Shown piece by piece: positions 10,481-20,635 of a DNA stretch of 64,000 bases (the stretch's first letter is position 1; the number at the start of each line of letters is the position of its first letter). This DNA comes from an uncultured bacterium (GTDB lineage Bacteria > Hydrothermota > Tepidihabitantia > Tepidihabitantales > DTDR01). The notes below the pieces were generated by a model. The model made no database searches, was not told the DNA's origin, and worked only from the letters and a program-made list of their open reading frames with translations. The translations under genes were made by a program, and so were the position numbers. The DNA is taken from the NCBI GenBank assembly GCA_964505415.1, contig CAZDHW010000006.1:14878-78877 (forward strand), given 5' to 3'.

Positions 10481-11041
10481 TCATTTTACTCTTTCAAGAT
10501 ATCTCTTTGTTTCGGTACTCACTCTAACAATATCATTTATTTTAATGAATTGGGGAACCATGATTTCTAAGCCGTTTTCTAATTTAGCAATTTTATAAGC
10601 GGCATCTGTTTCGCTTTTCACGCCGGCACCAGTTTCTACCACTCGTAAATCAACGGTTTTTGGCATAATAAAATCTATTGGTTTTCCTTCGTGAAATTCA
10701 ACCTTAATTTTAAATCCTTCTTTTAAGAAAATAGCGAATTCACCGATGATATTTTTAGACAGAGGGAACTGTTCGTAAGTTTCTGGATGCATAAAATAAA
10801 AATTTTCACCGTCATTATAAATATACTCCATTTCTATTATGTCGAGGTGTACATCAATTAATTTTTCATCGGGACTAAATCGCCTTTCAGTAAAAGAGCC
10901 AGTTTGAAGATTTTTTAATTTTAGATGAACTAAACTGCCGAATTTAGCGGTTCCAGCCTTATATTCAGCCGCAATAACTTTATAAAAACCGTCCTCCATT
11001 TTTAAAACCATTCCCTCTTTTACTTCGCTAGCTAATACCAT
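10481..11041 (-). CDS. efp: Elongation factor P
   Basis: 186 aa EF-P fold; N-terminus MVLASEVKEGMVLKMEDGFYKVI. Confidence 0.9.
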   Translation of the reverse strand: MVLASEVKEGMVLKMEDGFYKVIAAEYKAGTAKFGSLVHLKLKNLQTGSFTERRFSPDEKLIDVHLDIIEMEYIYNDGENFYFMHPETYEQFPLSKNIIGEFAIFLKEGFKIKVEFHEGKPIDFIMPKTVDLRVVETGAGVKSETDAAYKIAKLENGLEIMVPQFIKINDIVRVSTETKRYLERVK

Positions 11042-11092
11042 AAGCCTCCTCCTTTTAGAAAATTATAAAGCTTAATTTTCTAATTTCAATAA

Positions 11093-11953
11093 CTAATTTT
11101 CAAAGTCAAAAATTGTATTTACAAAATCTTCAGCCGAGAAGGGAATTAAGTCTTCAATATTTTCACCGCAACCAATATAACGAATTGGTAGTTTGAGTTC
11201 ATAAGCAATAGGGATCAAGATACCTCCCTTTGCTGTTCCATCTAATTTAGTAACGATTATACCAGTAACTCCGATTTCTTTTTGAAAAATTTTAGCCTGT
11301 TCAATACCATTTTGTCCAACTGAAGCGTCTATTGTTAAAAAAATTTCTTCAGGCTGGCTGTTTTTAACTTTAGTTATTATCCTCACAATTTTCTTTAACT
11401 CTTCAATTAATTCTTTTCGAGTGTGTAATCTGCCAGCAGTATCAACCAAAACCATATCCAGCTTTCTTTTTTGGGCAGAAATTATGGCATCAAAAACAAC
11501 TGCCGCTGCATCTTGCCCTTTTTGTGAAAGAACAATTTCGGTGTTTATCCTTTCAGCCCAGATTTTTAACTGCTCGGTGGCTCCGTCCCGATAGGTATCA
11601 GCTGAAGCGATAATTACTTTTTTATTGTTAGTTTTATAGTAATATGCCAATTTACCAACCGTAGTTGTTTTCCCGCTTCCATTGACACCGATTATTAAAA
11701 CAACCTTAGGTAAAGAAAAAAAATTTTCCTTATAAGGTATTGACAAAATTTTAATTAATTCTTTCTTCAATACTTCTTTTTTGTCACCAGGGGTTTTTTT
11801 ACACTTTTCGATTAAATTTTTTGTTAATTGAATGCCAATATCAGCTGAAAGCAAGCCTTCTTCTAATTTTTCTAAATTATCCGTGGAGATTATCTCTTTA
11901 AATTTTTCTTTTGTTTTTTTTAGAGTGTTTTTTAATCTTTCTAAGATATTCAT
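11093..11953 (-). CDS. ftsY: Signal recognition particle receptor FtsY (short form, NG domain only)
   Basis: GVNGSGKTTTVGKLA P-loop, DTAGR and TKLDGTAKGG motifs; the stop overlaps the smc start. Confidence 0.85.
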   Translation of the reverse strand: MNILERLKNTLKKTKEKFKEIISTDNLEKLEEGLLSADIGIQLTKNLIEKCKKTPGDKKEVLKKELIKILSIPYKENFFSLPKVVLIIGVNGSGKTTTVGKLAYYYKTNNKKVIIASADTYRDGATEQLKIWAERINTEIVLSQKGQDAAAVVFDAIISAQKRKLDMVLVDTAGRLHTRKELIEELKKIVRIITKVKNSQPEEIFLTIDASVGQNGIEQAKIFQKEIGVTGIIVTKLDGTAKGGILIPIAYELKLPIRYIGCGENIEDLIPFSAEDFVNTIFDFEN

Positions 11954-14900
11954 TATGAGTTAACTTTTATAGTAAAAACTTTAGAAATTCCCGGTTCGAT
12001 AGTGGTAACTCCTAAAAGAATATCAGCATTTTCTAATGTTAGACGATTATGGGTGATGATAATTATTTGGGTCTCGTGGGAAAGTTCTTTTAAAAATTTA
12101 ACAAAACGTTTAATATTTATATCATCTAAAGGAGCGTCTACTTCGTCTAAAAGTAAAAAAGGCGTTTTTTTTATGCGATAGAAAGCAAAAAGAAGTGAAA
12201 GAGCTAATAGAGCTTTTTCGCCATCCGAAAGATGTTCCAATCTTTTTGGATTTTTCCCTTTTGGTTTAGCCGTAATTATAATAGGGGATTCAAAAACATT
12301 TTCTGGTTCACTAATAATAATATCAGCTTCGCCTTCCAAAAATATTTCCGTAAAGGTGTTTTTAAATTCTTTTCTAATATTTTCAAAAGTATTACAAAAA
12401 ATTTCTTTAGCTTTTCTTTCTAATTCTTCCGCTGATTTTTTAAGGTTAGCAATTCCTTGGAGGATATCTTTTTTTTGGTTTAGATAATTTAAAAGCTCTG
12501 TCCTTTCATTATTATAATCCTCAACAGCTAAGGGATTAACATTGCCAATTTCTAATAATTTTTCTCTAATCATGTTTAACTCGGTTTCGTATTTTAAATC
12601 GTCAATATCTGATTCATTATTATCCTGAAAATCAGAAAATTCTTTAACAAAATTAGCCATATTTATCTCTAATTCTTTTTCAATACCGGCTAGATTAATT
12701 TTTTTTTGGGCAATTATGTCTTTTATTAAAGAACATTCTTTCTGATATTCGTTGACCTTTTTATTTTTTTCTTGAATTTGAGTAATAAGATTAGTAATTA
12801 ATTTTTCAGGCAATTGTCCCTCTAAAAATTGTTTTTTTTCTTTTAATTCGAAAATTTTTTGGCATAATTTGATATAATCATTTTCAATTTGGGAAATTTC
12901 TTTTTTTATCGATTCTACTTTTTCATTTAATTCATTTATTTCCTTTTTAATTTTTTCCTTTTCTATTTCTTTTTTATAAAAATTTTGCTCTTCTTGGTAA
13001 TATTTTTCTTTTAAGCCTAAAAGTTTATTTAAAAAAATATGAGCTTCTTCATTTTTTGACTTGAATTTATTGCGGAGAGTATTTAAATTTTCTTCTTTTA
13101 TTCTAAGTTTTTCTTTTAAAAGCTTTTCTTCTTCATTTAAAATGTGCATTTTGTTTTCTATTTCTTTCTTTCTAAGAAGATAAGCATTCAATGTTTGTTC
13201 TTCTTTTTCTATTTGTTTATTATATTCCATAAGGAGATTTTTCTTTTGGTAATAGATTTCGGATAGATTAGTTAAAGAATAAATTTCGGCATAAATTTTT
13301 AATACTTCAACAGGTGGAATTTGCCAATTGTTTATTTTTCGAAGGTCAATAATCCCTTCTTTAGTGATAACTTCACCATTTTTAGTAAGGTAATTAAAAT
13401 TTGGTTTTTTTAAGTAGAAATAATAACCTTCTTTTAAATTGTTTACTAAGTAACACTCCTCAATTTTCTGTTTAATAAACTCCGGGCAATTTTCTTTGAA
13501 TTTTACTAAATTTTTAAGCGGTAACGGTGGATTATTTATTTGAATTTCTTCTTCACCTTCTTTATTTCCCAGAGGCAACAAAATAAATCCTTTATTAAGA
13601 AATGACGAAAAATTATCAAAAAGAGAAAAATTTTTAATTATATAGAAATTTAAATAATCTTTTAATAATTGGTTTATTAAATCTTGATAATTCTCTTCAA
13701 TAATTAGGAAATCTTTTAAAGTTCCTAAAAAATCGTTGCCCAATTGATTTTTTAATAACATTAATTCTTGGTTTTCTTTTTCTTTTAGAATTGAAAAATA
13801 TTGACTTTTTAATTCGTCAAGGATTTTCTCTTTGGTTATTAATTTTTTTTCCCAACTGCCAATTTCTTTTTCCATTTCCTCTTTTTTTATTTGGTTCTCT
13901 TTTATTGAATTTTTAATTCTAGTTATTTCGGAATCGATTTTTAGTAAAGAGGATTCTAACAGTCGGCGTTCTTCAAAGTTTCTTCTCAAAAGTTTCCAAA
14001 AATTTTGAATTTCGTCTTCTAATTGGTTAATAAGTTTTCCCTTTTCTTCAAGTTCCTTGCGCAGGACTTTGATTTTTTCTTCCAAATCTTTTTTTTCCGA
14101 ATCAAATCTATCTAAATTTTCTTTTAATTGTCTATTTTCGGTCTCTAAATTTTTTAATAAAAGAAACAGGTTCTCTTTCGTACTTTCACTTTTTTCTAAT
14201 TCCTTTATTAAAAGATTTTTTTTCTCTTCATAAACAAAACTTTCTCTTTCTAAAGAATTTAATTCTTTTTTCAATATTTGGTACTCTTCGTAAAGATTTT
14301 CTTTTTTTTGCTTAATTTCTTCAATCTCTTTTTGGTTTTCGTTAATTTCTTTTAATAAAAACTCGATTTCTTTTTCTTTTTGGCAAAGCCTTTCATTTTC
14401 TTTTAAAATTTCTTTTTCCAAATCTTCTTTCAATTTTTTTAATTTCTTAATTTCTTTTAAAAGTAAATTCCTACGACAGATTTTTTCTTTTTCTTTTAAT
14501 TGCAAATATTCGTTATAGGCTTTTACTTGTTTCTGTAAATTCCTAACGGTTCGTTGTTTTTCTTTGATTATTATTTCCATATTTTCTAATTCTTGATTAA
14601 GACTATTTAATTTTTTTTCTATTTCTTTTTTATTTTCAAAATAACTTTTTAAAGCGCTTACTTCGTAAAGGAATTCTTTTATCTCTCCCTGGATAATTCG
14701 ACGTATTTGATTGATATCAAAAATTGAATAGGCCGAAGAACCAATATTAGCAAATAAATCTTGCACATCTTTTAATCGGCAAGGTTGCCGATTAATAAAA
14801 TATTCACTTTCTCCCGAACGGTAATAAGATCTTTTTATTTCAATTTCGGTGCTGTATTCGGGCCATTCCCCTTCATTTTCAATAATCAATTTTACTTCAC

Positions 14901-15135
14901 AATAATTTAAAGGCGGGATTGTCTTAGTCCCCCCAAAAATTAATTCTTCTGTTCGATGACAGCGTAATAAAGAGAGACTTTGTTCTCCTAATACCCAGCG
15001 GAAAGCGTCGAAAATATTAGTTTTTCCACAGCCGTTCGGTCCCAAAATAGCAGTTATTCCTTTGGAAAATAATATTCGCGTTTTTTCCGGAAAGGATTTA
15101 AATCCAAAAATACTAATTTCTTTTATCCGCATCAA
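11953..15135 (-). CDS. smc: Chromosome segregation protein SMC
   Basis: 1060 aa with an N-terminal Walker A (GPNGCGKTN), a long coiled coil, and a C-terminal LSDGEKAL signature plus Walker B (LLLDEVDAPLD). Confidence 0.9.
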   Translation of the reverse strand: MMRIKEISIFGFKSFPEKTRILFSKGITAILGPNGCGKTNIFDAFRWVLGEQSLSLLRCHRTEELIFGGTKTIPPLNYCEVKLIIENEGEWPEYSTEIEIKRSYYRSGESEYFINRQPCRLKDVQDLFANIGSSAYSIFDINQIRRIIQGEIKEFLYEVSALKSYFENKKEIEKKLNSLNQELENMEIIIKEKQRTVRNLQKQVKAYNEYLQLKEKEKICRRNLLLKEIKKLKKLKEDLEKEILKENERLCQKEKEIEFLLKEINENQKEIEEIKQKKENLYEEYQILKKELNSLERESFVYEEKKNLLIKELEKSESTKENLFLLLKNLETENRQLKENLDRFDSEKKDLEEKIKVLRKELEEKGKLINQLEDEIQNFWKLLRRNFEERRLLESSLLKIDSEITRIKNSIKENQIKKEEMEKEIGSWEKKLITKEKILDELKSQYFSILKEKENQELMLLKNQLGNDFLGTLKDFLIIEENYQDLINQLLKDYLNFYIIKNFSLFDNFSSFLNKGFILLPLGNKEGEEEIQINNPPLPLKNLVKFKENCPEFIKQKIEECYLVNNLKEGYYFYLKKPNFNYLTKNGEVITKEGIIDLRKINNWQIPPVEVLKIYAEIYSLTNLSEIYYQKKNLLMEYNKQIEKEEQTLNAYLLRKKEIENKMHILNEEEKLLKEKLRIKEENLNTLRNKFKSKNEEAHIFLNKLLGLKEKYYQEEQNFYKKEIEKEKIKKEINELNEKVESIKKEISQIENDYIKLCQKIFELKEKKQFLEGQLPEKLITNLITQIQEKNKKVNEYQKECSLIKDIIAQKKINLAGIEKELEINMANFVKEFSDFQDNNESDIDDLKYETELNMIREKLLEIGNVNPLAVEDYNNERTELLNYLNQKKDILQGIANLKKSAEELERKAKEIFCNTFENIRKEFKNTFTEIFLEGEADIIISEPENVFESPIIITAKPKGKNPKRLEHLSDGEKALLALSLLFAFYRIKKTPFLLLDEVDAPLDDINIKRFVKFLKELSHETQIIIITHNRLTLENADILLGVTTIEPGISKVFTIKVNS

Positions 15136-15352
15136 AAATAATTATAAAATTTTTGATTAAATTGTCAAAATACTAGTTTATTATTTTTAAATTTGTTATT
15201 TGTTTTTTTATTTTTAACCATATTATCTTGAGAAACAAAAATTTCAGCTTTTCAAAATTTTTGTTGAATGTTTTCGTGAATTTAATTCAAATAATCGTAT
15301 AATTTTTTATGTTTCTAAAAATCAAAACATGCCGTTTACAATTTAAATTTTA

Positions 15353-15380
15353 TTGACATTTTTAAATTTGTGATTATAAT
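15353..15380 (+). promoter_or_regulatory. Sigma70-like promoter for rpmF-plsX (TTGACA, 16 nt spacer, TATAAT), followed by the SD AAAGGAG
   Basis: TTGACA at 15353-15358 and TATAAT at 15375-15380; the ATG is at 15403. Confidence 0.5.
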
Positions 15381-15402
15381 TTTCTTTTAAAAGGAGAAAA
15401 AT

Positions 15403-15591
15403 ATGCCAGTTCCGAAAAGAAGACATTCAAAATCAAGGGGGAGGAAAAGAAGAACTCATTGGAAATTAAAAATATCCCAATGGGTGGAATGTTCTCATTG
15501 CCACCAATTAAAATTACCTCATACTGTTTGTCCTCATTGTGGTTTTTATAAAGGAAAAGAAATTATCGTTGTTAATAAAAAAACAGAATGA
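15403..15591 (+). CDS. rpmF: 50S ribosomal protein L32
   Basis: MPVPKRRHSKSRGRKRR N-terminus and a Cys4 zinc ribbon. Confidence 0.9.
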   Translation: MPVPKRRHSKSRGRKRRTHWKLKISQWVECSHCHQLKLPHTVCPHCGFYKGKEIIVVNKKTE

Positions 15592-16589
15592 TTAAAATTG
15601 CAGTTGACGGTTTAGGCAGTGATTTTGCTCCCCAACCAGAGATTTTAGGAGTAGAAAAAGCATTGGAAGAGAATCCCGATTTGTCAATTGTTTTTATTGG
15701 GAAAAAAGAATTATTTCCTTCTTCCGTGTTGGAAGAAAAGTTTTTTTCTCGATTAGAATTTCAAGAATGTGAAGTTATTGATATTCCTTTTGACTCTCCG
15801 GTTGAGTTTTTAAAGAAGAAAGTTAACAACTCTATTATAAATGCTATTTCTTTATTGAAAACAGGAAAAGTTTCGGCAGTGGTGAGCGCTGGCGATACTG
15901 GCGTATTATTAATAATTGCTATAAAAATTTTAGGTACTTTATCCGGAATTTTAAGACCAGGTATTGGCATCCTTTTGCCAACTATCAAGGGATTTTCTCT
16001 TTTAATAGATGCTGGAGCTAATCCTACAGTGAAGCCAATTAATCTTTATCAATTTGCTATTTTAGGTTCTTTGGCTTACCAATCAGTATTTAAAAAAGCC
16101 AATCCCACAGTTGGTTTACTAAACATTGGCAAAGAAGCAAACAAAGGTACGGAATTATATCAACAAAGTTATAATCTTTTAAAAGATTCGCCCCTTAATT
16201 TTATCGGTAATATTGAAGGTTGTGAAATATTTAAGGGCATAAGTGATGTGATTGTCTGCGATGGTTTTGTCGGTAATATTCTTTTAAAATTTGGTGAAGG
16301 AATTGTTGAGACGTTAAATCAGGCATTGGCTAACTATCTTTCTTCGGAGACTAAATACCGTATGCGAAGGTGGCTTTCCAAACCAGTTTTGGAAGAGTTT
16401 ATTGAAAAACTTAATTATGAAGAACAAGGAGGCGGAATTTTATTAGGAGTTGATGGCACAGTAATTGTTGCTCATGGACGAAGCAATGAGAAAGCAATAA
16501 AAAACGCTATTCAAACTGCGGTCTTTTTTGCCCAAAATAATACGCTTCAATTTCTTAAAGAAAATTTACCTTTTTATCTTAAAAAATGA
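15588..16589 (+). CDS. plsX: Phosphate acyltransferase PlsX
   Basis: MIKIAVDGLGSDFAP N-terminus and the PlsX fold; conserved rpmF-plsX pairing. Confidence 0.9.
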   Translation: MIKIAVDGLGSDFAPQPEILGVEKALEENPDLSIVFIGKKELFPSSVLEEKFFSRLEFQECEVIDIPFDSPVEFLKKKVNNSIINAISLLKTGKVSAVVSAGDTGVLLIIAIKILGTLSGILRPGIGILLPTIKGFSLLIDAGANPTVKPINLYQFAILGSLAYQSVFKKANPTVGLLNIGKEANKGTELYQQSYNLLKDSPLNFIGNIEGCEIFKGISDVIVCDGFVGNILLKFGEGIVETLNQALANYLSSETKYRMRRWLSKPVLEEFIEKLNYEEQGGGILLGVDGTVIVAHGRSNEKAIKNAIQTAVFFAQNNTLQFLKENLPFYLKK

Positions 16590-17668
16590 AGATTAAATAT
16601 CTTTTATTTTTAATTTCGCTTATTTTATTTTGTGATCATAGGCAAGTTGGTAAAGAAGGAATAAAAGAAAGAGTAGGAAAGGACACCTTAATTGAACTTC
16701 TCCCAAAAGAGAATGAAAAATTTGGTTTTTTTTACCCTTGTTACGGAGAAGAAGGACTATTTTTAGGAAGAAATGCATATTACGAGGCGCGGGTTCTTTT
16801 AAAATTTTTAATTGATACTATTTGGTTAAATAGCCAAGAAATAAAATTAATACTTTACACCAAAAACTTTGAGAAGGTAAAATTTTATATTTATCCTTTA
16901 AAATTGGAATGGGATGAAAAGGAGGTTACTTGGAAATTAGCAAAAAAAGATATCCGTTGGATTTTTTATGGTGGTGATTATTATGAAAATCTATTGCTAG
17001 GCAGCGGTGAAGGTGAAAAAGATTCATTAATTATTTTTTTATCTCCTAACTATTTTGATACCGTCATAAAAACCAATTGCGGAATGATTTTAATTCCTAA
17101 AGAGATAAAAGAAAACCTCCTATCTTTTTATCCCCGTACGGATAGAAAATCACCGAAGATTTGCATTAAAAAAAATAATAAAGAAGACACCCTTTATCCC
17201 ATAGGTAACGCTTATATTATCGACACATTATTTGTGATTCCGGAAGATTATTTAGTGATAGGCACTGGTTATAATTTTTTTACTTATTTAAAATTTGACT
17301 TAAAAAACATTCCTAAAGAAGCCAATATTATAAATGCTGATTTATTCTTAACCGGTGAATCAGGAAACTCTTATTTTCCAATTGATACTAATGAGATAAT
17401 AGTTTTAAAATTATTAAAAGAATACGAAAAAGAAAAAACTCCTTATGAAATTTTTAAAAGGCAGATATTTTATCGAGATTCTATAAAAAATGGGATAAAA
17501 ATTGATATAAAAAGTTTGATTAAATTCTGGTTAGAAAAACCTGATTCCAATTTTGGTATTTTTATTAATCTCTATCCTTTTTCTTCCTATCCTCGGTATC
17601 TTTTATTAAAAGAGCCAAAATTGAAAATATTCTATTTTAAAGACAGTAAATTTAGAAATTGGGGATAA
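16586..17668 (+). CDS. Hypothetical secreted protein or lipoprotein (possible DNRLRE-like repeats)
   Basis: Signal peptide with a Cys near the end (LILFCDH); two internal W.E..VTW-like segments. Overlaps the plsX stop by 4 nt. Confidence 0.45.
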   Translation: MKIKYLLFLISLILFCDHRQVGKEGIKERVGKDTLIELLPKENEKFGFFYPCYGEEGLFLGRNAYYEARVLLKFLIDTIWLNSQEIKLILYTKNFEKVKFYIYPLKLEWDEKEVTWKLAKKDIRWIFYGGDYYENLLLGSGEGEKDSLIIFLSPNYFDTVIKTNCGMILIPKEIKENLLSFYPRTDRKSPKICIKKNNKEDTLYPIGNAYIIDTLFVIPEDYLVIGTGYNFFTYLKFDLKNIPKEANIINADLFLTGESGNSYFPIDTNEIIVLKLLKEYEKEKTPYEIFKRQIFYRDSIKNGIKIDIKSLIKFWLEKPDSNFGIFINLYPFSSYPRYLLLKEPKLKIFYFKDSKFRNWG

Positions 17669-17673
17669 AATAG

Positions 17674-17738
17674 CCTCCCCCAGGCATCCTCCGAAGCATT
17701 CGGGGAAGGGTCTCTGGGAGAGGACTTTTCAAGCTTTT
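17674..17738 (+). terminator. GC-rich imperfect hairpin followed by a U-rich tract; candidate intrinsic terminator or structured RNA
   Basis: cctcccccaggcatcctccgaa-gca-ttcggggaagggtctctgggagagg, then acttttcaagctttt. Confidence 0.4.
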
Positions 17739-17970
17739 ATACTACTTTAACCAATTATCTTTTTGATTTATTTATTTCAACTGTTTCGAAAACACCAATT
17801 ATATTTATTATCAATTTTATTAGGTTACGTCTTATTAAATAATCTCTCGAATACCTTTCTAAACCTTTCGGGAGATTTTCTTTTAAATTAGATGTACTTA
17901 AAATTACTTTTTAAATGTCACCAAAAATTATTTTATTGATTTTTAGGGAAATTTTGGTATATTAATTAAA

Positions 17971-18942
17971 ATGTGGGCTATCTTTTTTTTGATTTTTAAT
18001 CAGTCCTTTTTTAATCCCTTTTATTTTGGCAACGAAAAGGAAGATTTTTTATTTAAAAAAAAGTTTTTTACTTCCTTAGCCAACACTAAGCTATTCTTCT
18101 CGCTAAGAAATAATTTTCTTTTGGGAATAGAAGAAAAAGAAAAAAGGGCTCTTTACTATTTTTCTCCAGAAAGGTTTTACTTTTTCATACCCTTTTTTAA
18201 AAATTATCAGATTAGTTTTCAATTGACTGAATTTATTAATCAAGATTACGATATTTATTACCAACCAGAAAATTTTAAAAAGGAGGATTATTTTTGGCAT
18301 ATAAAATCAATCGGTGGTATTTATAATATAGGTCTAATTTTAATTAGCTCTTTTAAAAATTTTACTTTCTTTCTAGAAGAGAATTATAATTTTGGGAATA
18401 ATTCAGAAATATTTTCTATTCTAAAAGAAAAAAATATTCTTTCAGCCGAAACCCTTTTTTATAATTATTCCGGTATTAATTGTCAAGGAGGATTTATTTT
18501 TCAGAATGAAAAATTTTCTTTAGGGATTAATTTTTCACCTTTAAGAAGGATAATTATCCAAATGGGTAGTAAAGATAGGGAATTTAAAAAAGATTACTCC
18601 TTTAAACCACGCATTACTCTTTTGGGTACTTTTTTTTTAAAAGATAATTTTAAGTTTTCTTATTTTTATACTTATCAGTTTGATACTTTAATTTTTCCTG
18701 AAAAGAATAGTTTTGGTTTTTCTTTTAATAAATTTTTCTTTAATATTTCTTTGAGTAAAGTGAAAGAGATTGGTGTATCTTATTTATGGGAATTATCGAT
18801 AAAAAATTACGGTAAATTTTATCCGGAATTAAAATTTTTTTATCATTGGCAAGGAAATTTATCGGAAATAATTAGTACTTGCAAACTGAATTTTCTTTTT
18901 GAAGAGGTTTGGAAAAGAAGAATAAGAAAATGGGGAAGTTAA
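17971..18942 (+). CDS. Hypothetical Phe/Tyr-rich secreted protein
   Basis: Hydrophobic N-terminus; 323 aa with no recognisable domain; the stop overlaps the ndk start (TAATG). Confidence 0.4.
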   Translation: MWAIFFLIFNQSFFNPFYFGNEKEDFLFKKKFFTSLANTKLFFSLRNNFLLGIEEKEKRALYYFSPERFYFFIPFFKNYQISFQLTEFINQDYDIYYQPENFKKEDYFWHIKSIGGIYNIGLILISSFKNFTFFLEENYNFGNNSEIFSILKEKNILSAETLFYNYSGINCQGGFIFQNEKFSLGINFSPLRRIIIQMGSKDREFKKDYSFKPRITLLGTFFLKDNFKFSYFYTYQFDTLIFPEKNSFGFSFNKFFFNISLSKVKEIGVSYLWELSIKNYGKFYPELKFFYHWQGNLSEIISTCKLNFLFEEVWKRRIRKWGS

Positions 18943-19355
18943 TGAAAGAAAAAACTTTGTTGATTATTAAACCCGACGGCGTTAAAAGAAAATTGATTGG
19001 TGAAGTTATTAGCCGTTTAGAAAAAAATAATTTTGATATTTTGAATATAAAATTTTTGCATTTATCTTTAAAAGAAGCCAAAGAGTTTTACAAAATCCAC
19101 CAAGGGAAAGATTTTTATGAAAGCCTTTGCCAATTTATGGCAAGTGGTCCAATTGTGGCAATTCTTTTAGCCGGTGAAAATGCCTTACACCGATTGCGGG
19201 AATTGGTAGGGGCCACTGATCCTAAAAAAGCACAAAAAGGAACAATTCGAGGAGATTTAGGCACTTCTATCCAAGAAAATGTGGTTCACGCGGCTAATCC
19301 TGAAGAAAATGTTGAAAGAGAAATAAAATTTTTCTTTCCCGAAGAAAAACTCTAA
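18942..19355 (+). CDS. ndk: Nucleoside diphosphate kinase
   Basis: LLIIKPDGV and NVVHAANPEEN motifs; SD GGGGAAG upstream of the ATG at 18942. The track ORF from 18909 is an upstream extension. Confidence 0.9.
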   Translation: MKEKTLLIIKPDGVKRKLIGEVISRLEKNNFDILNIKFLHLSLKEAKEFYKIHQGKDFYESLCQFMASGPIVAILLAGENALHRLRELVGATDPKKAQKGTIRGDLGTSIQENVVHAANPEENVEREIKFFFPEEKL

Positions 19356-19357
19356 AA

Positions 19358-20635
19358 ATGATAAAAAAATATTCTTTTAGCTTTTTGGTGTTATTCAATT
19401 GTGCTTATTTTAACCTTTTTTATAACGCTAACAAATATTTTCAAGAAGGATTAAAGTCTACAAATATTGCTGAAGCTCAAACTAAATTTCAAAAAGCAAA
19501 AGAGAAAAGTAATTTACTTTTAATTAAATACCCTCATTCTAAATGGGAAGGAGATGCTCTTTTTATTATTGGGGTTAGCAATTATTATCTAAAAGAATAT
19601 CGTAAAGCCCTTGAACAGTTTCAATTTTTTTTATCTTATTTTCCTAATCATAAAAAGAAAGCCGATGTTCTTTATTTTCAAGCATTAACTTATTTGGAAT
19701 TGAAGGAATATCACAAAACAATGGAAATTTTGAGAAGTTTAACAAATCTTTCCCCTAAATATCAACCTTTGGCTAAATATTGGATTGCTTTGATATTTTA
19801 TTTTCAAAAAGATTATCAAAATTTTATTGATTCTATGCTCTATTTTGTAAATCAGTTCAAAAAGCATCCTCTAAGAAAAGAGGCTTTATTAAAAATTGCT
19901 GAAGTCTATAAAGAACAGGGTAAGCTTAAAGAAGCAAAAGATTTTTATTATCAGTTAAAAGAGATTGAGCCCGATGAGAGAGAGCAAATAAAAATACTGT
20001 TAAAAATGGTTGACTGTCTATCCGCCAGCGATAAAAATAAAGATACTTTACATGCTTATTTAAAAAAATTGGAAGGATATATGGATAAGTATAGCGATTT
20101 AAATAACCAAATTAATCTTGCTATCGGAAAAATTTATTTGGAGTTAGAAAATGACAAAAAAGCTTTCAATTATTTACAAAAAGTTAAAGGTAGGGAGGCG
20201 CAATTAGCTTATTATTTGATTGGCGAAAATTGGGAAGAGAAAGGAAATTTTGATAGTGCCCTTGTCTATTACGATTCTTCTTATCAAAAAGATCCTTCTT
20301 CCGAATTGGCTTCGATAATAAGCTGGAAAAAAACTTTAATGGCTGAATTGTTAAATATGGAAAAGGATACTGCTGATTTAGGTTATTACCATTTTAAATT
20401 AGGCGAGGTTTATTTACTTTCTTTAAATAATCCTTCTTTAGCCGTTAAAGAGTACGAAAAAGTTTATCAAAATTATCCAAAGAGCAAATACGCCTTGAAA
20501 GCAAAATTTGCTTCTGCTTATCTTTATTATACGGAAGTTGATAGAAAAAAAGGAGAAAATCTGTTTTACGAAATTATTTATGAGGTACCTGATAGTGAAT
20601 ATGCCCAAAAAGCAAAAGAGATTTTAAATTTATGA
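19358..20635 (+). CDS. Tetratricopeptide repeat protein with signal peptide
   Basis: Repeated TPR-like W/Y-A-x-A-Y patterns; hydrophobic N-terminus. Confidence 0.55.
   Translation: MIKKYSFSFLVLFNCAYFNLFYNANKYFQEGLKSTNIAEAQTKFQKAKEKSNLLLIKYPHSKWEGDALFIIGVSNYYLKEYRKALEQFQFFLSYFPNHKKKADVLYFQALTYLELKEYHKTMEILRSLTNLSPKYQPLAKYWIALIFYFQKDYQNFIDSMLYFVNQFKKHPLRKEALLKIAEVYKEQGKLKEAKDFYYQLKEIEPDEREQIKILLKMVDCLSASDKNKDTLHAYLKKLEGYMDKYSDLNNQINLAIGKIYLELENDKKAFNYLQKVKGREAQLAYYLIGENWEEKGNFDSALVYYDSSYQKDPSSELASIISWKKTLMAELLNMEKDTADLGYYHFKLGEVYLLSLNNPSLAVKEYEKVYQNYPKSKYALKAKFASAYLYYTEVDRKKGENLFYEIIYEVPDSEYAQKAKEILNL

Noticed and set aside
12232-12423. Short antisense or alternate-frame ORFs inside genes (e.g. 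1750-1968, 2835-3065, 7583-7822, 12232-12423, 15761-15988, 21761-21958, 23245-23592, 25283-25468, 28786-28977, 43465-43971, 47473-47817, 62930-63577)
   Set aside because: They are fully embedded in well-supported genes on the opposite strand or in another frame, and their low-complexity F/L/K-rich translations are typical of AT-rich noise.
17674-17723. GC-rich hairpin considered as SRP (4.5S) RNA or another known ncRNA
   Set aside because: It has no domain IV consensus and is too short. A terminator is the more conservative call and is kept as a low-confidence feature.
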